Below, piece by piece: positions 49,890 to 59,583 of a stretch of DNA of 64,000 nucleotides. The DNA is from a virus. The notes below the pieces were generated by a model. That model was not told where the DNA came from. It made no database searches and saw nothing but the letters and a program-made list of their open reading frames with translations. The stretch is taken from the IMG/VR virus record IMGVR_UViG_3300017917_001946, positions 4,468 to 68,467 of that record, one strand, 5' to 3'. The translations under genes and the position numbers were made by a program. The first letter of the stretch is position 1; every line of letters starts with the position of its first letter.

Positions 49890-51032
49890 ATGATAAAAGG
49901 TACATATATATTCTATCAAGATGGGAGAGAAATCTTCCGTTCTCCTAACATTGTAACTAAGTTTGGTAAAAGATATTTTACTAGACATTTAGCTGGAATG
50001 ATTAATGGCAGCACAAAAGATATTGCAATTGGAATTAGTGAGTCAAAAACTATCTCATCTGTTTCTGGAGACGGAACAGAAATTACTTATACAACATCAT
50101 CAGCACACGGACTATTTGCAGGAAATAAAGTTAGTATAGTAAACGTAGATCCATCTATTTATAATATATCTGATGTTGTAATTCAAACAGTTCCCTCAAC
50201 TACGACATTTACAGTTTTAAATACTAGCACTGGAGCCTATGTTTCTGGAGGAAATGTTGTTTCAGATATTGATACCAGACTAGGTTTTGAAATATATAGA
50301 ACTCCAATTGTTTTAGGAAGTTCTGATATACAACTAGAAAATGAAAATGCTGTATATTCAATTGTATATAAAGCAACAATACCTCAAGATGTTGCTGGGG
50401 TAATATCTGAAATTGGCTTATATCCTTCTGAAAGAATATCTACAAATAATTACGATAGCAAATTTATAGCAGATTTTGATAAATATTTTGATTGGACAGA
50501 TTTAAATAACTATAGTCCAACAACATCAACAGTTGGAGCAAAAGTTGGCGGCAACGTATTGCTTATGCAATCAAATGCATCTTCTTCTAATGAGTATACT
50601 TGTAACACATCACTTGATATTGAAGGATATAGTGTACAAGATACAATAAGTGTTGCTTATTATAAAACAGATAATAATTTAAATAAAATGACATTAAAGC
50701 TTTATAGTTCTAATTCAGATTATTTTTATGTTGATATAACACCAGAATCTGGAACTGGACATAAAATAACATCAGATATATATCTAAGTTCTTTATTTGC
50801 AAATGTTGTAGGTTCGCCAGTTAAATCAGAAATAAATAAAATTGGTATAGTTATTGTTCCAAATGCTTCATCAACCACTTCTGTTGGACTTGATGCGCTA
50901 AGAATAAATGATGAAGATACCTTCGACCCAATTTTTGGACTGCTAAGCAGATCAATACTTCCTACTCCATTTTTAACTAAAATGGCTGGAAGACAGATAG
51001 ATATAGAGTATAGACTAGATTTGGATTTCTAA
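49890..51032 (+). CDS. Minor tail/baseplate-like protein with inserted TTSSAHG domain
   Basis: NIVTKFGKR..DIAIG..[insert]..DTRLGFE..I.EIGL..K...IEYRL. Confidence 0.65.
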   Translation: MIKGTYIFYQDGREIFRSPNIVTKFGKRYFTRHLAGMINGSTKDIAIGISESKTISSVSGDGTEITYTTSSAHGLFAGNKVSIVNVDPSIYNISDVVIQTVPSTTTFTVLNTSTGAYVSGGNVVSDIDTRLGFEIYRTPIVLGSSDIQLENENAVYSIVYKATIPQDVAGVISEIGLYPSERISTNNYDSKFIADFDKYFDWTDLNNYSPTTSTVGAKVGGNVLLMQSNASSSNEYTCNTSLDIEGYSVQDTISVAYYKTDNNLNKMTLKLYSSNSDYFYVDITPESGTGHKITSDIYLSSLFANVVGSPVKSEINKIGIVIVPNASSTTSVGLDALRINDEDTFDPIFGLLSRSILPTPFLTKMAGRQIDIEYRLDLDF

Positions 51033-53438
51033 ATGGCATATCAAGACTTATTAAAAGATAGTTCTCAATCAGATCCTGGTGGTAATAATTATTTTTTAGT
51101 TACAATTACCGATCTAGATGTTAATCAGTCTTATCCAATACAGTTTAGATGGAAGTATAACGATGGAACATTTTCTCCATGGTCTGCAGTACGGGTTATA
51201 ACAACTCCTGGAGAATCAGATCCAAATACTCCAAGATTTACAGATTCAAATGTTGATGTTTCTACTCCTGGATTTATAAAAATTACATGGGATGGTACAT
51301 CTGATGACGCAACACCAACACCACTTACAGATATAGATAGAGTAGACGTATACATAGACGGGCTACCATTTGACGGAACTAAACCTGCAGCAACATTTAA
51401 AACTGCTGGTACACAAGTTATTGCAGCACCAGGCGGAACCTATCAAATAGTTTTGTATGCAGTTTCTAAACTTGGAAAGCTTTCTCCAGTAAGTGCTGCT
51501 GTTACCAAAACAGTTTCAGATATAAGTAATCCAGTAGTAGATCCAGAAGATCCAGAAGCACCAACTGTAACAGCTGGTTTAGCATCAGTTATTGTTGAAT
51601 GGAGTGGCAAAAAAACAGGAGGGGGAGATTTTACTACTGGAAGTTTTGCAGGCGCAAAGGTATTTATTGGAACGTCTGCTGGATTTGTTCCAAGTGATAA
51701 CAATTGGGTTCACACATTAAATTTTGCAAACGGATCAAATAAGGTTTCAATAGGCGTTGGAACAATTATTGATAAATCTGCTGGAACACTTTTGCAATAT
51801 AATACACCATACTATGTAAAGATAGATACAATAAATGCATCTGGCGTATCAAATAATAATCCTATATCTGCATCTGGTAATCCAATTACTGTTAATAAAG
51901 TTGCAGCAAGCGAAATCATTACTGGAACTATTGCTGCAGATGCATATATTACAGCAGGTATTTCTGGCGGATCTAGAGTTGTTATGTCTGGATCTTCAAG
52001 TCCATTTATTATTTATGGAACAGATGGAAATACAAAATTATTAGAATTTATTGGTGGGGCTACTGGAACATTAACAATTAATGGCGGTGGAACATTTACT
52101 GGAGATTTATCTGCTGGATCAGGTTCTTCTATATTTAAATCAGATACAAATGGTATATATCTTGGAAACTCAGTATTTGCATCTGCCCCATTCAGTGTTG
52201 CTAGAAATGGTATATTAAAAGCAGAGTCTGGCACTATTGGCGGATGGACATTAGGTTCAACATATTTACAAAATGCTGGATCAAATCCAACAATTAAAAT
52301 TGATACTACTGGAATTATTGTAGGGTCTACATCAAGCTCATATATTGATATTACATCATCTGGAATAACCCATAGAAATTCAAATGGCGTAGCAAGTGGA
52401 AAATTTACATTAACAACTGGTGCTTCAGCACAATTAACAATTGATGGTACATTTACAATTAGTGGAACATCAACAATTAATGGTACAGCCGCATCCACTG
52501 TTGTATCAAATGCTTCTGCTGGGTCTACAGCAATTCAAGATGGCAACGGTGTTACTAAAAATGCTAGCAATCAAATAACAAGAATTAGTACTAACGGTGG
52601 AATTGTTGTTTCAAGTTCTACTGTATCAAGTGGGGCAAGAGTAGAATTAACAAATACTGGATTTTATGCATATAATGGAAGTGGACAGTCAACAGTTAGT
52701 ATAAATGCATCCGATGGCTCGGCATCTTTTGCAGGAACAGTTAATGCTACTGCTGGATATTTAGGAAATTCAACTTCTGGATGGAATATTTCATCTACAT
52801 CGATTAATAATAATGCCGCTACTTATCAAGGAACAACTGCAATTTATGCAAATACTGTAGCAGGATATAGCATTACAGTTCCTGGAATAGTGGCTGCAGA
52901 CGGTGGTTTACAAGCAAATTTAGGAGTAAAATTATTTACTGGCGGAAGTACAGTAGCAAACTCATTCTGGAAATCTCAAGGAAATATGTCGCCAAGTATT
53001 GATAATGGATGGACTGTCGGTTCATCTAGCTGGAAATGGTCAAGTATTTGGGCATATACAAGTACAATACAGACCTCTGATATGAGACAGAAAAAAGAAA
53101 TTGCCAACTCAAATCTAGGGTTAAACTTTATTAATGCCTTAAATCCAGTTTCATATAAATGGATAATTGGTGGAAGAAAACCTGTTTATGATGAGTCTTT
53201 TAAATACGTAATTGGATCTGAGGATATTCCTGGACAAAGAACACACTATGGATTTTTAGCGCAAGAAGTTAAATCAGCATTAGATGAAGTTGCCCCAGGA
53301 CAAGATTTTTCTGGGTGGGTATTAACAGATAAAGATGACCCAGATTCAGAGCAAGCATTAAGATATGAAGAATTTATATCTCCAATGGTAAAGGCCATAC
53401 AAGAATTATCTGCAAGGCTTGACGCCCTAGAAGCATAA
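51033..53438 (+). CDS. Tail fibre/spike with C-terminal peptidase S74 intramolecular chaperone
   Basis: SGTIGGW; TSDMRQKKEI..GL.FI..L.PV.Y..HYGFLAQEV..LRYEEFI...KAIQEL. Confidence 0.85.
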   Translation: MAYQDLLKDSSQSDPGGNNYFLVTITDLDVNQSYPIQFRWKYNDGTFSPWSAVRVITTPGESDPNTPRFTDSNVDVSTPGFIKITWDGTSDDATPTPLTDIDRVDVYIDGLPFDGTKPAATFKTAGTQVIAAPGGTYQIVLYAVSKLGKLSPVSAAVTKTVSDISNPVVDPEDPEAPTVTAGLASVIVEWSGKKTGGGDFTTGSFAGAKVFIGTSAGFVPSDNNWVHTLNFANGSNKVSIGVGTIIDKSAGTLLQYNTPYYVKIDTINASGVSNNNPISASGNPITVNKVAASEIITGTIAADAYITAGISGGSRVVMSGSSSPFIIYGTDGNTKLLEFIGGATGTLTINGGGTFTGDLSAGSGSSIFKSDTNGIYLGNSVFASAPFSVARNGILKAESGTIGGWTLGSTYLQNAGSNPTIKIDTTGIIVGSTSSSYIDITSSGITHRNSNGVASGKFTLTTGASAQLTIDGTFTISGTSTINGTAASTVVSNASAGSTAIQDGNGVTKNASNQITRISTNGGIVVSSSTVSSGARVELTNTGFYAYNGSGQSTVSINASDGSASFAGTVNATAGYLGNSTSGWNISSTSINNNAATYQGTTAIYANTVAGYSITVPGIVAADGGLQANLGVKLFTGGSTVANSFWKSQGNMSPSIDNGWTVGSSSWKWSSIWAYTSTIQTSDMRQKKEIANSNLGLNFINALNPVSYKWIIGGRKPVYDESFKYVIGSEDIPGQRTHYGFLAQEVKSALDEVAPGQDFSGWVLTDKDDPDSEQALRYEEFISPMVKAIQELSARLDALEA

Positions 53439-53470
53439 TGGTATTATAGGTATCTACAGATAGGATATTT

Positions 53471-53626
53471 ATGTCGAATAAAGCTGAATTAGTTATTACA
53501 GCACTGCAGCAACGTATAGGAGAAATTGTATCAAATTATGAAACTCAGATTGCAGTTTTACGTGCAGAAATTACACAACTTGTTGAAAACAATGAAAAGA
53601 AAGAATCAGACACCGATTCTAACTAA
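53471..53626 (+). CDS. 51-aa coiled-coil protein (below the ORF-track cutoff)
   Basis: MSNKAELVITALQQRIGEIVSNYETQIAVLRAEITQL; AGGA RBS; TGGTATTAT promoter at 53439-53447. Confidence 0.7.
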   Translation: MSNKAELVITALQQRIGEIVSNYETQIAVLRAEITQLVENNEKKESDTDSN

Positions 53627-53981
53627 TCCAACAATACTGCCATCTGGACTATCAGTTAAAACAGACAGTGGAGTATATTGGATTAAAGACGGTAAAAGAT
53701 TTAAGCTTATTTCTGATCGTGCAGCAAAATCATGGTGTTTTCCAACAGTATTAGCCACAGACCAAGCTATTGCTGGAATGAAGCTTGTTGGTAAACTAGG
53801 GTTCAGGGACGGAACTTTGATAAAGAATATAGCAGATGGTAGAATATATTTAATATCACAGAATAAACGTAGGCATATTGTAAGCCCAGATTCTTTCAAT
53901 AAATACGGTCTTGATAGATCTAGTATAGTTGAAGTAAGTGAATCTGAAACAAATATGCACGACTTAGGAGAAAATCTATAA
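53592..53981 (+). CDS. Two-repeat hypothetical protein
   Basis: G..VK...VYWIKDGKR and GTLIK...IYLISQNKRRHI repeats; start uncertain. Confidence 0.65.
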   Translation: MKRKNQTPILTNPTILPSGLSVKTDSGVYWIKDGKRFKLISDRAAKSWCFPTVLATDQAIAGMKLVGKLGFRDGTLIKNIADGRIYLISQNKRRHIVSPDSFNKYGLDRSSIVEVSESETNMHDLGENL

Positions 53982-54379
53982 TGGCAGATTTAATTGCGGT
54001 AACCTTTAACGAAGGTGAACCATTAGATGTTACTAAGTTAAACAATCTTAGACTAAATATTACAAACACATATGAAAGTGTTGCTGGGCTACAAAATGCA
54101 ACACTAGATGGCAAAACAGTTCCAATGATAGATTTTGGAACAGTTGATGTTATTACTAAGGTAGGATCTTCAAGTCCAGTTAATTTACCAATCAATCCTA
54201 ATTTTACAGGTACACCAACATTTATAGTTTCAATTGGTGGAGGAAGCGTAGGTTCTGCAATTGCCATACCTCGTGTTATTGGACAAGCTGGAAGTACACC
54301 ACAAGTTATAGTAAACTCTACTAAAGATGTGGGCACAGTAAAAGTAAATTATATAGCCATACAAAATAAAACAGTATAG
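53981..54379 (+). CDS. Hypothetical virion protein
   Basis: FNEGEPLD..KLN N-terminus; H-lectin-like F..TP...VNYIAI C-terminus. Confidence 0.6.
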   Translation: MADLIAVTFNEGEPLDVTKLNNLRLNITNTYESVAGLQNATLDGKTVPMIDFGTVDVITKVGSSSPVNLPINPNFTGTPTFIVSIGGGSVGSAIAIPRVIGQAGSTPQVIVNSTKDVGTVKVNYIAIQNKTV

Positions 54380-54382
54380 TAC

Positions 54383-54410
54383 TTGACACACCAAAACAAT
54401 ATGTTACAAT
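54383..54410 (+). promoter_or_regulatory. Promoter TTGACA-N16-TACAAT with extended -10
   Basis: Consensus -35 at 54383-54388; TGTTACAAT at 54402-54410. Confidence 0.6.
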
Positions 54411-54424
54411 TTACATGTAACATC

Positions 54425-54449
54425 AAAGTCACGGCCTCGTGACTTTTTT
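54425..54449 (+). terminator. Terminator-like hairpin
   Basis: AAAGTCACG-gcct-CGTGACTTT followed by TTT. Confidence 0.7.
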
Positions 54450-54465
54450 AGTATTAAGGTAAAGA

Positions 54466-55266
54466 ATGAGCAACGATTTAAAATGGATGCTATCATCTGA
54501 TCAGCAATTTCCATACCAAGACGATAAGATGATTGCCCTATGGTTTAAGGTAATGAAATGGTTTAAACCAGATGTTGTAGATTATCTAGGCGATACAGAT
54601 GATCAGGCATGCTATAGCAAATACACAGAAGGCAGGTCAGCAGAATTTTTAAATCTTCATAAAACAGATAGTAAAGATTTAATTGTTCCAATGATGAGAC
54701 ATGAAGCTAAGGGCGCCAGAGATTTTTATACAAAAACTCGTGAGATGCTTCCAGACGCACAATTGTTTTCAGCGTTAGGAAATCACGATGTTCGAATATT
54801 TAATTATATGGATGCTAAGCTTCCAGATTATTTAAAAGAGGTAACTCCAGAATCATTATGGTCACTCGACTCCCTTGGATACGAGTACATATATTACGAC
54901 TCTTTGCCAAAACAAAGATTTGGAGATGTACACGTACATCATGGAATTTCTATTTCCGCAACTGGATCTGTAAGAAAAGATATGGAAGACCTGCAAGTTT
55001 CTCTTATTAGAGGTCATTCTCATAGAATTGCTTCTCACATGGTAACATATGAGCTTAGAAATAATGGCGAAGGCGAAACTCTTCGTGGATATGAAATTGG
55101 TCATATGTGTGATGAAAAAGGTCCAGGAATGAAATATACACAACACCATGACTGGCAGAAAGGATTTGCCGTTGCACATATTGTAAACGATTATCCACAT
55201 ATTCAAATGATTCATATTGCTCCAGACTATTCATGTGTTGTAGATGGGAAAACATTTACGCTATGA
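54466..55266 (+). CDS. Calcineurin-like metallophosphoesterase
   Basis: SDQQ, LGD..D, GNHD, HHG, GHSH motifs. Confidence 0.85.
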   Translation: MSNDLKWMLSSDQQFPYQDDKMIALWFKVMKWFKPDVVDYLGDTDDQACYSKYTEGRSAEFLNLHKTDSKDLIVPMMRHEAKGARDFYTKTREMLPDAQLFSALGNHDVRIFNYMDAKLPDYLKEVTPESLWSLDSLGYEYIYYDSLPKQRFGDVHVHHGISISATGSVRKDMEDLQVSLIRGHSHRIASHMVTYELRNNGEGETLRGYEIGHMCDEKGPGMKYTQHHDWQKGFAVAHIVNDYPHIQMIHIAPDYSCVVDGKTFTL

Positions 55267-55451
55267 TGAAGTGTCAAAGATGTAGGGGCAGAGTCTTTAT
55301 TGATAGAGTCTTTTCACAAAAATTACATATGGAACTTTTCTGCATATTGTGTGGAAAACGATGGATGATCAACAAAGAATTGAATGCGTTTGCTAAATGG
55401 TTAGATCAAAAAGACAGAGACCACGCAAAAAACTACTCTATTTCTTCTTAA
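55263..55451 (+). CDS. Small zinc-ribbon protein
   Basis: CQRC...CILC; ATGA overlap. Confidence 0.7.
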   Translation: MMKCQRCRGRVFIDRVFSQKLHMELFCILCGKRWMINKELNAFAKWLDQKDRDHAKNYSISS

Positions 55452-55879
55452 ACGGAAAAATACATAAAGTAGTTAGAGCGTCAAAAGCTAGGGACGAAAT
55501 AGTTGCTTGGTGTTACCCTGATAAAAAAAGAGTAATGTATTCATATTCTCAAGTAAAAAAGAATATGGGCAATGCATATTCAATTAAACAGGTCTGTGAA
55601 ATTTTAAATAGACACAGAGTTACTGTTGAAGAATATATACTTCAGGGTAAAATTAAAGAGCCACAAAGAGTTTATCCAATTAGTAATCCAGATAGCTCAT
55701 GGTATAAATTTATGTTTAGCGAGTCCGATATATACGATTTGCACCAATTTATACTAGATGCTGGGTATACAAAGGATTTTCCTTCTAAGGCAGAGTTAAC
55801 AGCTCTTCTCAAACACGGCTTAATATTGTATACTAAGACTGACGAAGGTAGCTTCGTACCAGTATGGAAGGCGGAATGA
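55397..55879 (+). CDS. Helix-turn-helix DNA-binding protein (MerR/excisionase-like)
   Basis: YSIKQVCEILNRHRVTV..YILQGKI. Confidence 0.65.
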   Translation: MVRSKRQRPRKKLLYFFLNGKIHKVVRASKARDEIVAWCYPDKKRVMYSYSQVKKNMGNAYSIKQVCEILNRHRVTVEEYILQGKIKEPQRVYPISNPDSSWYKFMFSESDIYDLHQFILDAGYTKDFPSKAELTALLKHGLILYTKTDEGSFVPVWKAE

Positions 55880-56085
55880 TGTCAGATACGAGAGTAAAAG
55901 TAGATCTATCATTTACTCGTAACCTAGGCAACTACGAAAGTATTAAAATAGGTATTGGCGTAGAAGATAATGTAAGGCAGGGCGAAAACGTTGATACTGC
56001 TACAGAAAGAGTTTATAAGTTTGTAGAAGAAAAGCTTATAGATAAAACTCGTGAAGTAGAGGAAGAATTAAAGCGTGGCAAATAA
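55876..56085 (+). CDS. Hypothetical protein
   Basis: TRNLGNYESIKI motif; coupled ORF. Confidence 0.7.
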   Translation: MMSDTRVKVDLSFTRNLGNYESIKIGIGVEDNVRQGENVDTATERVYKFVEEKLIDKTREVEEELKRGK

Positions 56086-56395
56086 TAGAGAGCCTTATAT
56101 CCTTCTAACCATGTATCAAAACCTTTATGAAAATAGACATGGAAGAAAAGCTAACCTAAATAAGTTTAGAGAGAAGTGGGGCATGCAAGACGTAATAGAT
56201 AGTGTGGGCTTTGATAGAGCTAAGGAGCTAATCGAGTATTATTTTAAAACTCCTAAAACAAATCATACTCTACAATTCTTTTTCTATAATTTTGATAAGC
56301 TAGACATAATGCAAAAGGAAATTGAAAAGGATAAGGTCAATCGTCAATTATTACGTGAGGCCACTAAAAAATTAGTAGAAGGTGAAGATCAATGA
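56075..56395 (+). CDS. Hypothetical protein, possible helicase loader
   Basis: GTG start; directly upstream of dnaB; function by position only. Confidence 0.6.
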   Translation: MANNREPYILLTMYQNLYENRHGRKANLNKFREKWGMQDVIDSVGFDRAKELIEYYFKTPKTNHTLQFFFYNFDKLDIMQKEIEKDKVNRQLLREATKKLVEGEDQ

Positions 56396-57630
56396 ATACA
56401 GAAGCAACATTAATATCTGCTGTATGTAAAAACAAAGATATAAGCACATTATTGGCAGACAACGTAGATGATCTATTTACCTCACACAGAGACATTTGGG
56501 AAGGTCTAAAGTCATATTACTATAAGTTTAAAGCAGTACCAGAGGTTGGAGTATTACAAGAAAAGTTTAAAGACTTTGAGCCAGACTTAAATGTAAAAGC
56601 TGAAACTGGATATTATTTAGACACATTAAAAAATGAGTATTTGTCTGCTAGATTAAAAAGCGTTATATTAAGAAGCGGATCTGCATTAAAAGAAGAAGCA
56701 GCATCTAGGGTATTAGCAGAAATGCAAAGTCAATTAGCAAGTCTTTCAAAGTTTACAAATAACGTTCGTGACTTAGACGTAACAGATTTAGAATCCGCAG
56801 AAAGACATTTTCAATCTGTAAAAGATCGTTCTGCTGTTATGGGTGGAAGTCCAGGAATATCAACAGGTTTCCAAGCAATTGATGCTGCATATCCAACTGG
56901 TATGGCTCCAGGACATTTAATTGTTGCAATTGGATGGCCAGGAAAAGGTAAGACATGGTTTACTTCGTATCTTGCATGTAAGGCATGGGAGCAGGGATTT
57001 AAGCCAATGATCATATCTCTTGAAATGTCTCCTGAAAATATGCGTGACCGTATTTATACAATGTTAGGATCTGGTCTATTCAAGGCTAGTGATTTATCAA
57101 AAGGTGATATTAATATAGATGATTTCAGATCATGGGGTAAGAAGAAGTTTGAAGGAAAGAATAGCTTTGTCCTTGTATCTAACGAAGGCACGGCTGAAGT
57201 TACTCCTGCTACGGTACAGGGTAAAATCGATCAGCACAAACCAGATCTCGTTATTTTGGATTATCATCAGCTCTTTAATGATAATAAGCGCAGTAATTCT
57301 GAAGTAGAAAGAAATAGAAACATTTCTCGTGAATTTAAGTTGTTAGCAGTATCAAATAATATTCCAATTATTGATATTACTGCTGCAACAGCAGATGATA
57401 TTTCTGATCAAGAAAATCCACCAATGATGTCGCAGGTAGCATGGTCAAAGGCAATTGAATATGATGCTGATATGGCAATGGCTATTCATAGATATCCAGG
57501 AACTAATATGATTGAAGTTGTTTCTAGAAAAAATCGTCACGGACATGAGTTTGATTTCTATCTAGACTGGGATATTAATCGAGGAGTTATTAAAGAGTTA
57601 TATGACTATGTACCACCACAAGCAAATTAA
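56392..57630 (+). CDS. dnaB: Replicative DNA helicase
   Basis: Walker A GWPGKGKT, SLEMS, ILDYHQL, ISREFKLLA, IEYDAD, KNRHG. Confidence 0.92.
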   Translation: MNTEATLISAVCKNKDISTLLADNVDDLFTSHRDIWEGLKSYYYKFKAVPEVGVLQEKFKDFEPDLNVKAETGYYLDTLKNEYLSARLKSVILRSGSALKEEAASRVLAEMQSQLASLSKFTNNVRDLDVTDLESAERHFQSVKDRSAVMGGSPGISTGFQAIDAAYPTGMAPGHLIVAIGWPGKGKTWFTSYLACKAWEQGFKPMIISLEMSPENMRDRIYTMLGSGLFKASDLSKGDINIDDFRSWGKKKFEGKNSFVLVSNEGTAEVTPATVQGKIDQHKPDLVILDYHQLFNDNKRSNSEVERNRNISREFKLLAVSNNIPIIDITAATADDISDQENPPMMSQVAWSKAIEYDADMAMAIHRYPGTNMIEVVSRKNRHGHEFDFYLDWDINRGVIKELYDYVPPQAN

Positions 57631-57913
57631 AAGATTTCAAATATCTGTTAATTTTCGTGACGACTCAGACATAATTAGAATGAGGCATCAATACGAAAGC
57701 TTGTTGACGCATAAAATGAGAGACCAAGGTTACTCAAGGGTACTTGACATAGATACAGCATTTTCGATAGAATTTACTGGCGAAACATGGAATTTCCTTA
57801 TGACTCTTCAGGGGATATTTGTGGGAAGGAAAAAGGCATGGCAATCAGAGGGAATTACGCAAGGAAAATTGATTCCACGCAATACACGCCAGAACATATT
57901 AAGTCAATCCTAA
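57602..57913 (+). CDS. Hypothetical protein bridging helicase and primase
   Basis: Fills the dnaB-primase gap and overlaps both. Confidence 0.6.
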   Translation: MTMYHHKQIKRFQISVNFRDDSDIIRMRHQYESLLTHKMRDQGYSRVLDIDTAFSIEFTGETWNFLMTLQGIFVGRKKAWQSEGITQGKLIPRNTRQNILSQS

Positions 57914-58836
57914 AAGGATTAGGTTTAGAAGTAACTGGTGAAACATCAAATGATTTCCTATGCTACTGCCCATTTCACTCTAATAGACACACATCCAGCT
58001 TTAGCGTAAGCAGAGAGTACGGAGCCTTTATTTGCTTTAACCCAGCATGTGGAGAATCTGGAACTCTAATTGAATTAGTAAAAAAGATATTAAGTAAAAA
58101 TGATTTTCAAGCTATGAGATTTATATCTTCTAAAGAAGCAGAGATACTAGATAATTTTGAAGAAACTATGGCTAGTATGTTTGAAGATAAGCCAGACTTT
58201 CAAGAGTTTAATAAAGATACTCTTAATAAATTATCTGAAGACAGATGGAATAGTGTAGAAGCATGTAATTATTTTATATCTCGTGGGATCAACCATGAGT
58301 CCATGGATTATTTTGAACTAGGTTATTCTAAAAATATGAATATGGTTACTGTTCCAGTGCATAGTCCAGATGGAATTTGTATTGGAATTGTTGGAAGATC
58401 TATTGAGGGAAAGGCTTTTAAAAATAGTACAAACCTTCCTAAAAGTAAAACACTGTTTAATATTCAACGGGCCAAAAAGGTTGGTGACCATGTAATAGTT
58501 GTTGAGTCTAGCTTTGATGCAATTCGTGTACATCAAGCAGGGTTTCCAAATGTTGTAGCAACACTAGGCGGATTCCTGTCTGTAGAACAACAAAATATAT
58601 TAAATAGACACTTTAATAAAATAACTATAATGACCGATGCTGACGAAGCTGGTAGACAACTTGGTTTAAGCATAGCTAATAAATTAAAAAATAAAGACAT
58701 CTTGTGGGCTTCGCATGAATATGGTAAGATATACCCTCATGATGCAAAAGATGCTGGTGACATGACCGATGAGGAAATTAAAGCCTGTATTAAGAATTCT
58801 GTATCTAATATAGAATACAGAACTTGGAACTCGTGA
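57838..58836 (+). CDS. dnaG: DNA primase (CHC2 zinc finger + TOPRIM)
   Basis: CPFH..CFNPAC, VVES.FDAI, D.D.AG, KDAGD. Confidence 0.9.
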   Translation: MAIRGNYARKIDSTQYTPEHIKSILKGLGLEVTGETSNDFLCYCPFHSNRHTSSFSVSREYGAFICFNPACGESGTLIELVKKILSKNDFQAMRFISSKEAEILDNFEETMASMFEDKPDFQEFNKDTLNKLSEDRWNSVEACNYFISRGINHESMDYFELGYSKNMNMVTVPVHSPDGICIGIVGRSIEGKAFKNSTNLPKSKTLFNIQRAKKVGDHVIVVESSFDAIRVHQAGFPNVVATLGGFLSVEQQNILNRHFNKITIMTDADEAGRQLGLSIANKLKNKDILWASHEYGKIYPHDAKDAGDMTDEEIKACIKNSVSNIEYRTWNS

Positions 58837-58887
58837 TATAATAAAAATACAGATGGATATATACCATCAACTATAGAGGAGATATAT

Positions 58888-59559
58888 ATGAGTATAGTAA
58901 AGGGTCTAAAAGACCTAAACAAGGCACTAGATAAGCCTACCTACAGCGGTGGGGACGAGAGCAAAGCTCGTTGGCTTAAAATTGAAGATGGCGAAAGCGT
59001 AAAAGTTAGATTTTTACAAGAACTCGATCCTGATTCACCAAACTATAATGACAAACTAGGGTGCGGATTCATAGCACTTGAACATACCAATCCAAAAGAT
59101 TATCGTCGCAAAGCTTTAGATACAATGGAATCTGAAGGGCGTGACTGGGCACAAGAACAACATCGTAAAGATCCAAAGGCTGGCTGGAAAGCAAGAACAC
59201 GTCTTTACACAAATGTCCTAGTAGACGACGGTAAAGAAGAACCATATGTAGCAATTCTTTCACAGGGCACCAGTGGAAAAACAATTACTCCTACCTTAAT
59301 TGAATACGCTGGCGAAATGGGAAGCATTACAAATTTAATGTGGCGAATTAAACGTAATGGTTCAAAAACTGATACAAGTTATACAATCATTCCATTAGCA
59401 AAGGACGAAACTCCTTTTGACTTCTCAGGACTAGAACTTTTTGATCTTGAGAAGACTGCAGTACGTCACGTACCATATGCTGAGCAAGAAGCTTTTTATA
59501 TGGGTAACGAAAACGGCTCAGATGAGTCTTCTGCTTCAAGTAGCAGCGTAGACTGGTAA
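58888..59559 (+). CDS. Single-stranded DNA-binding protein (gp32-like)
   Basis: LKIEDGES.KVRFL, IKRNG..TDTSY, acidic tail ending DW; TGATATAAT promoter at 58834-58842. Confidence 0.75.
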   Translation: MSIVKGLKDLNKALDKPTYSGGDESKARWLKIEDGESVKVRFLQELDPDSPNYNDKLGCGFIALEHTNPKDYRRKALDTMESEGRDWAQEQHRKDPKAGWKARTRLYTNVLVDDGKEEPYVAILSQGTSGKTITPTLIEYAGEMGSITNLMWRIKRNGSKTDTSYTIIPLAKDETPFDFSGLELFDLEKTAVRHVPYAEQEAFYMGNENGSDESSASSSSVDW

Positions 59560-59583
59560 GTTAAGACAAAGGCGGAGAATTAA

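Noticed and set aside
58852-58868. Hairpin GATGG/CCATC in the SSB leader as an autoregulatory element
   Set aside because: A 5-bp stem is too weak to support without conservation data
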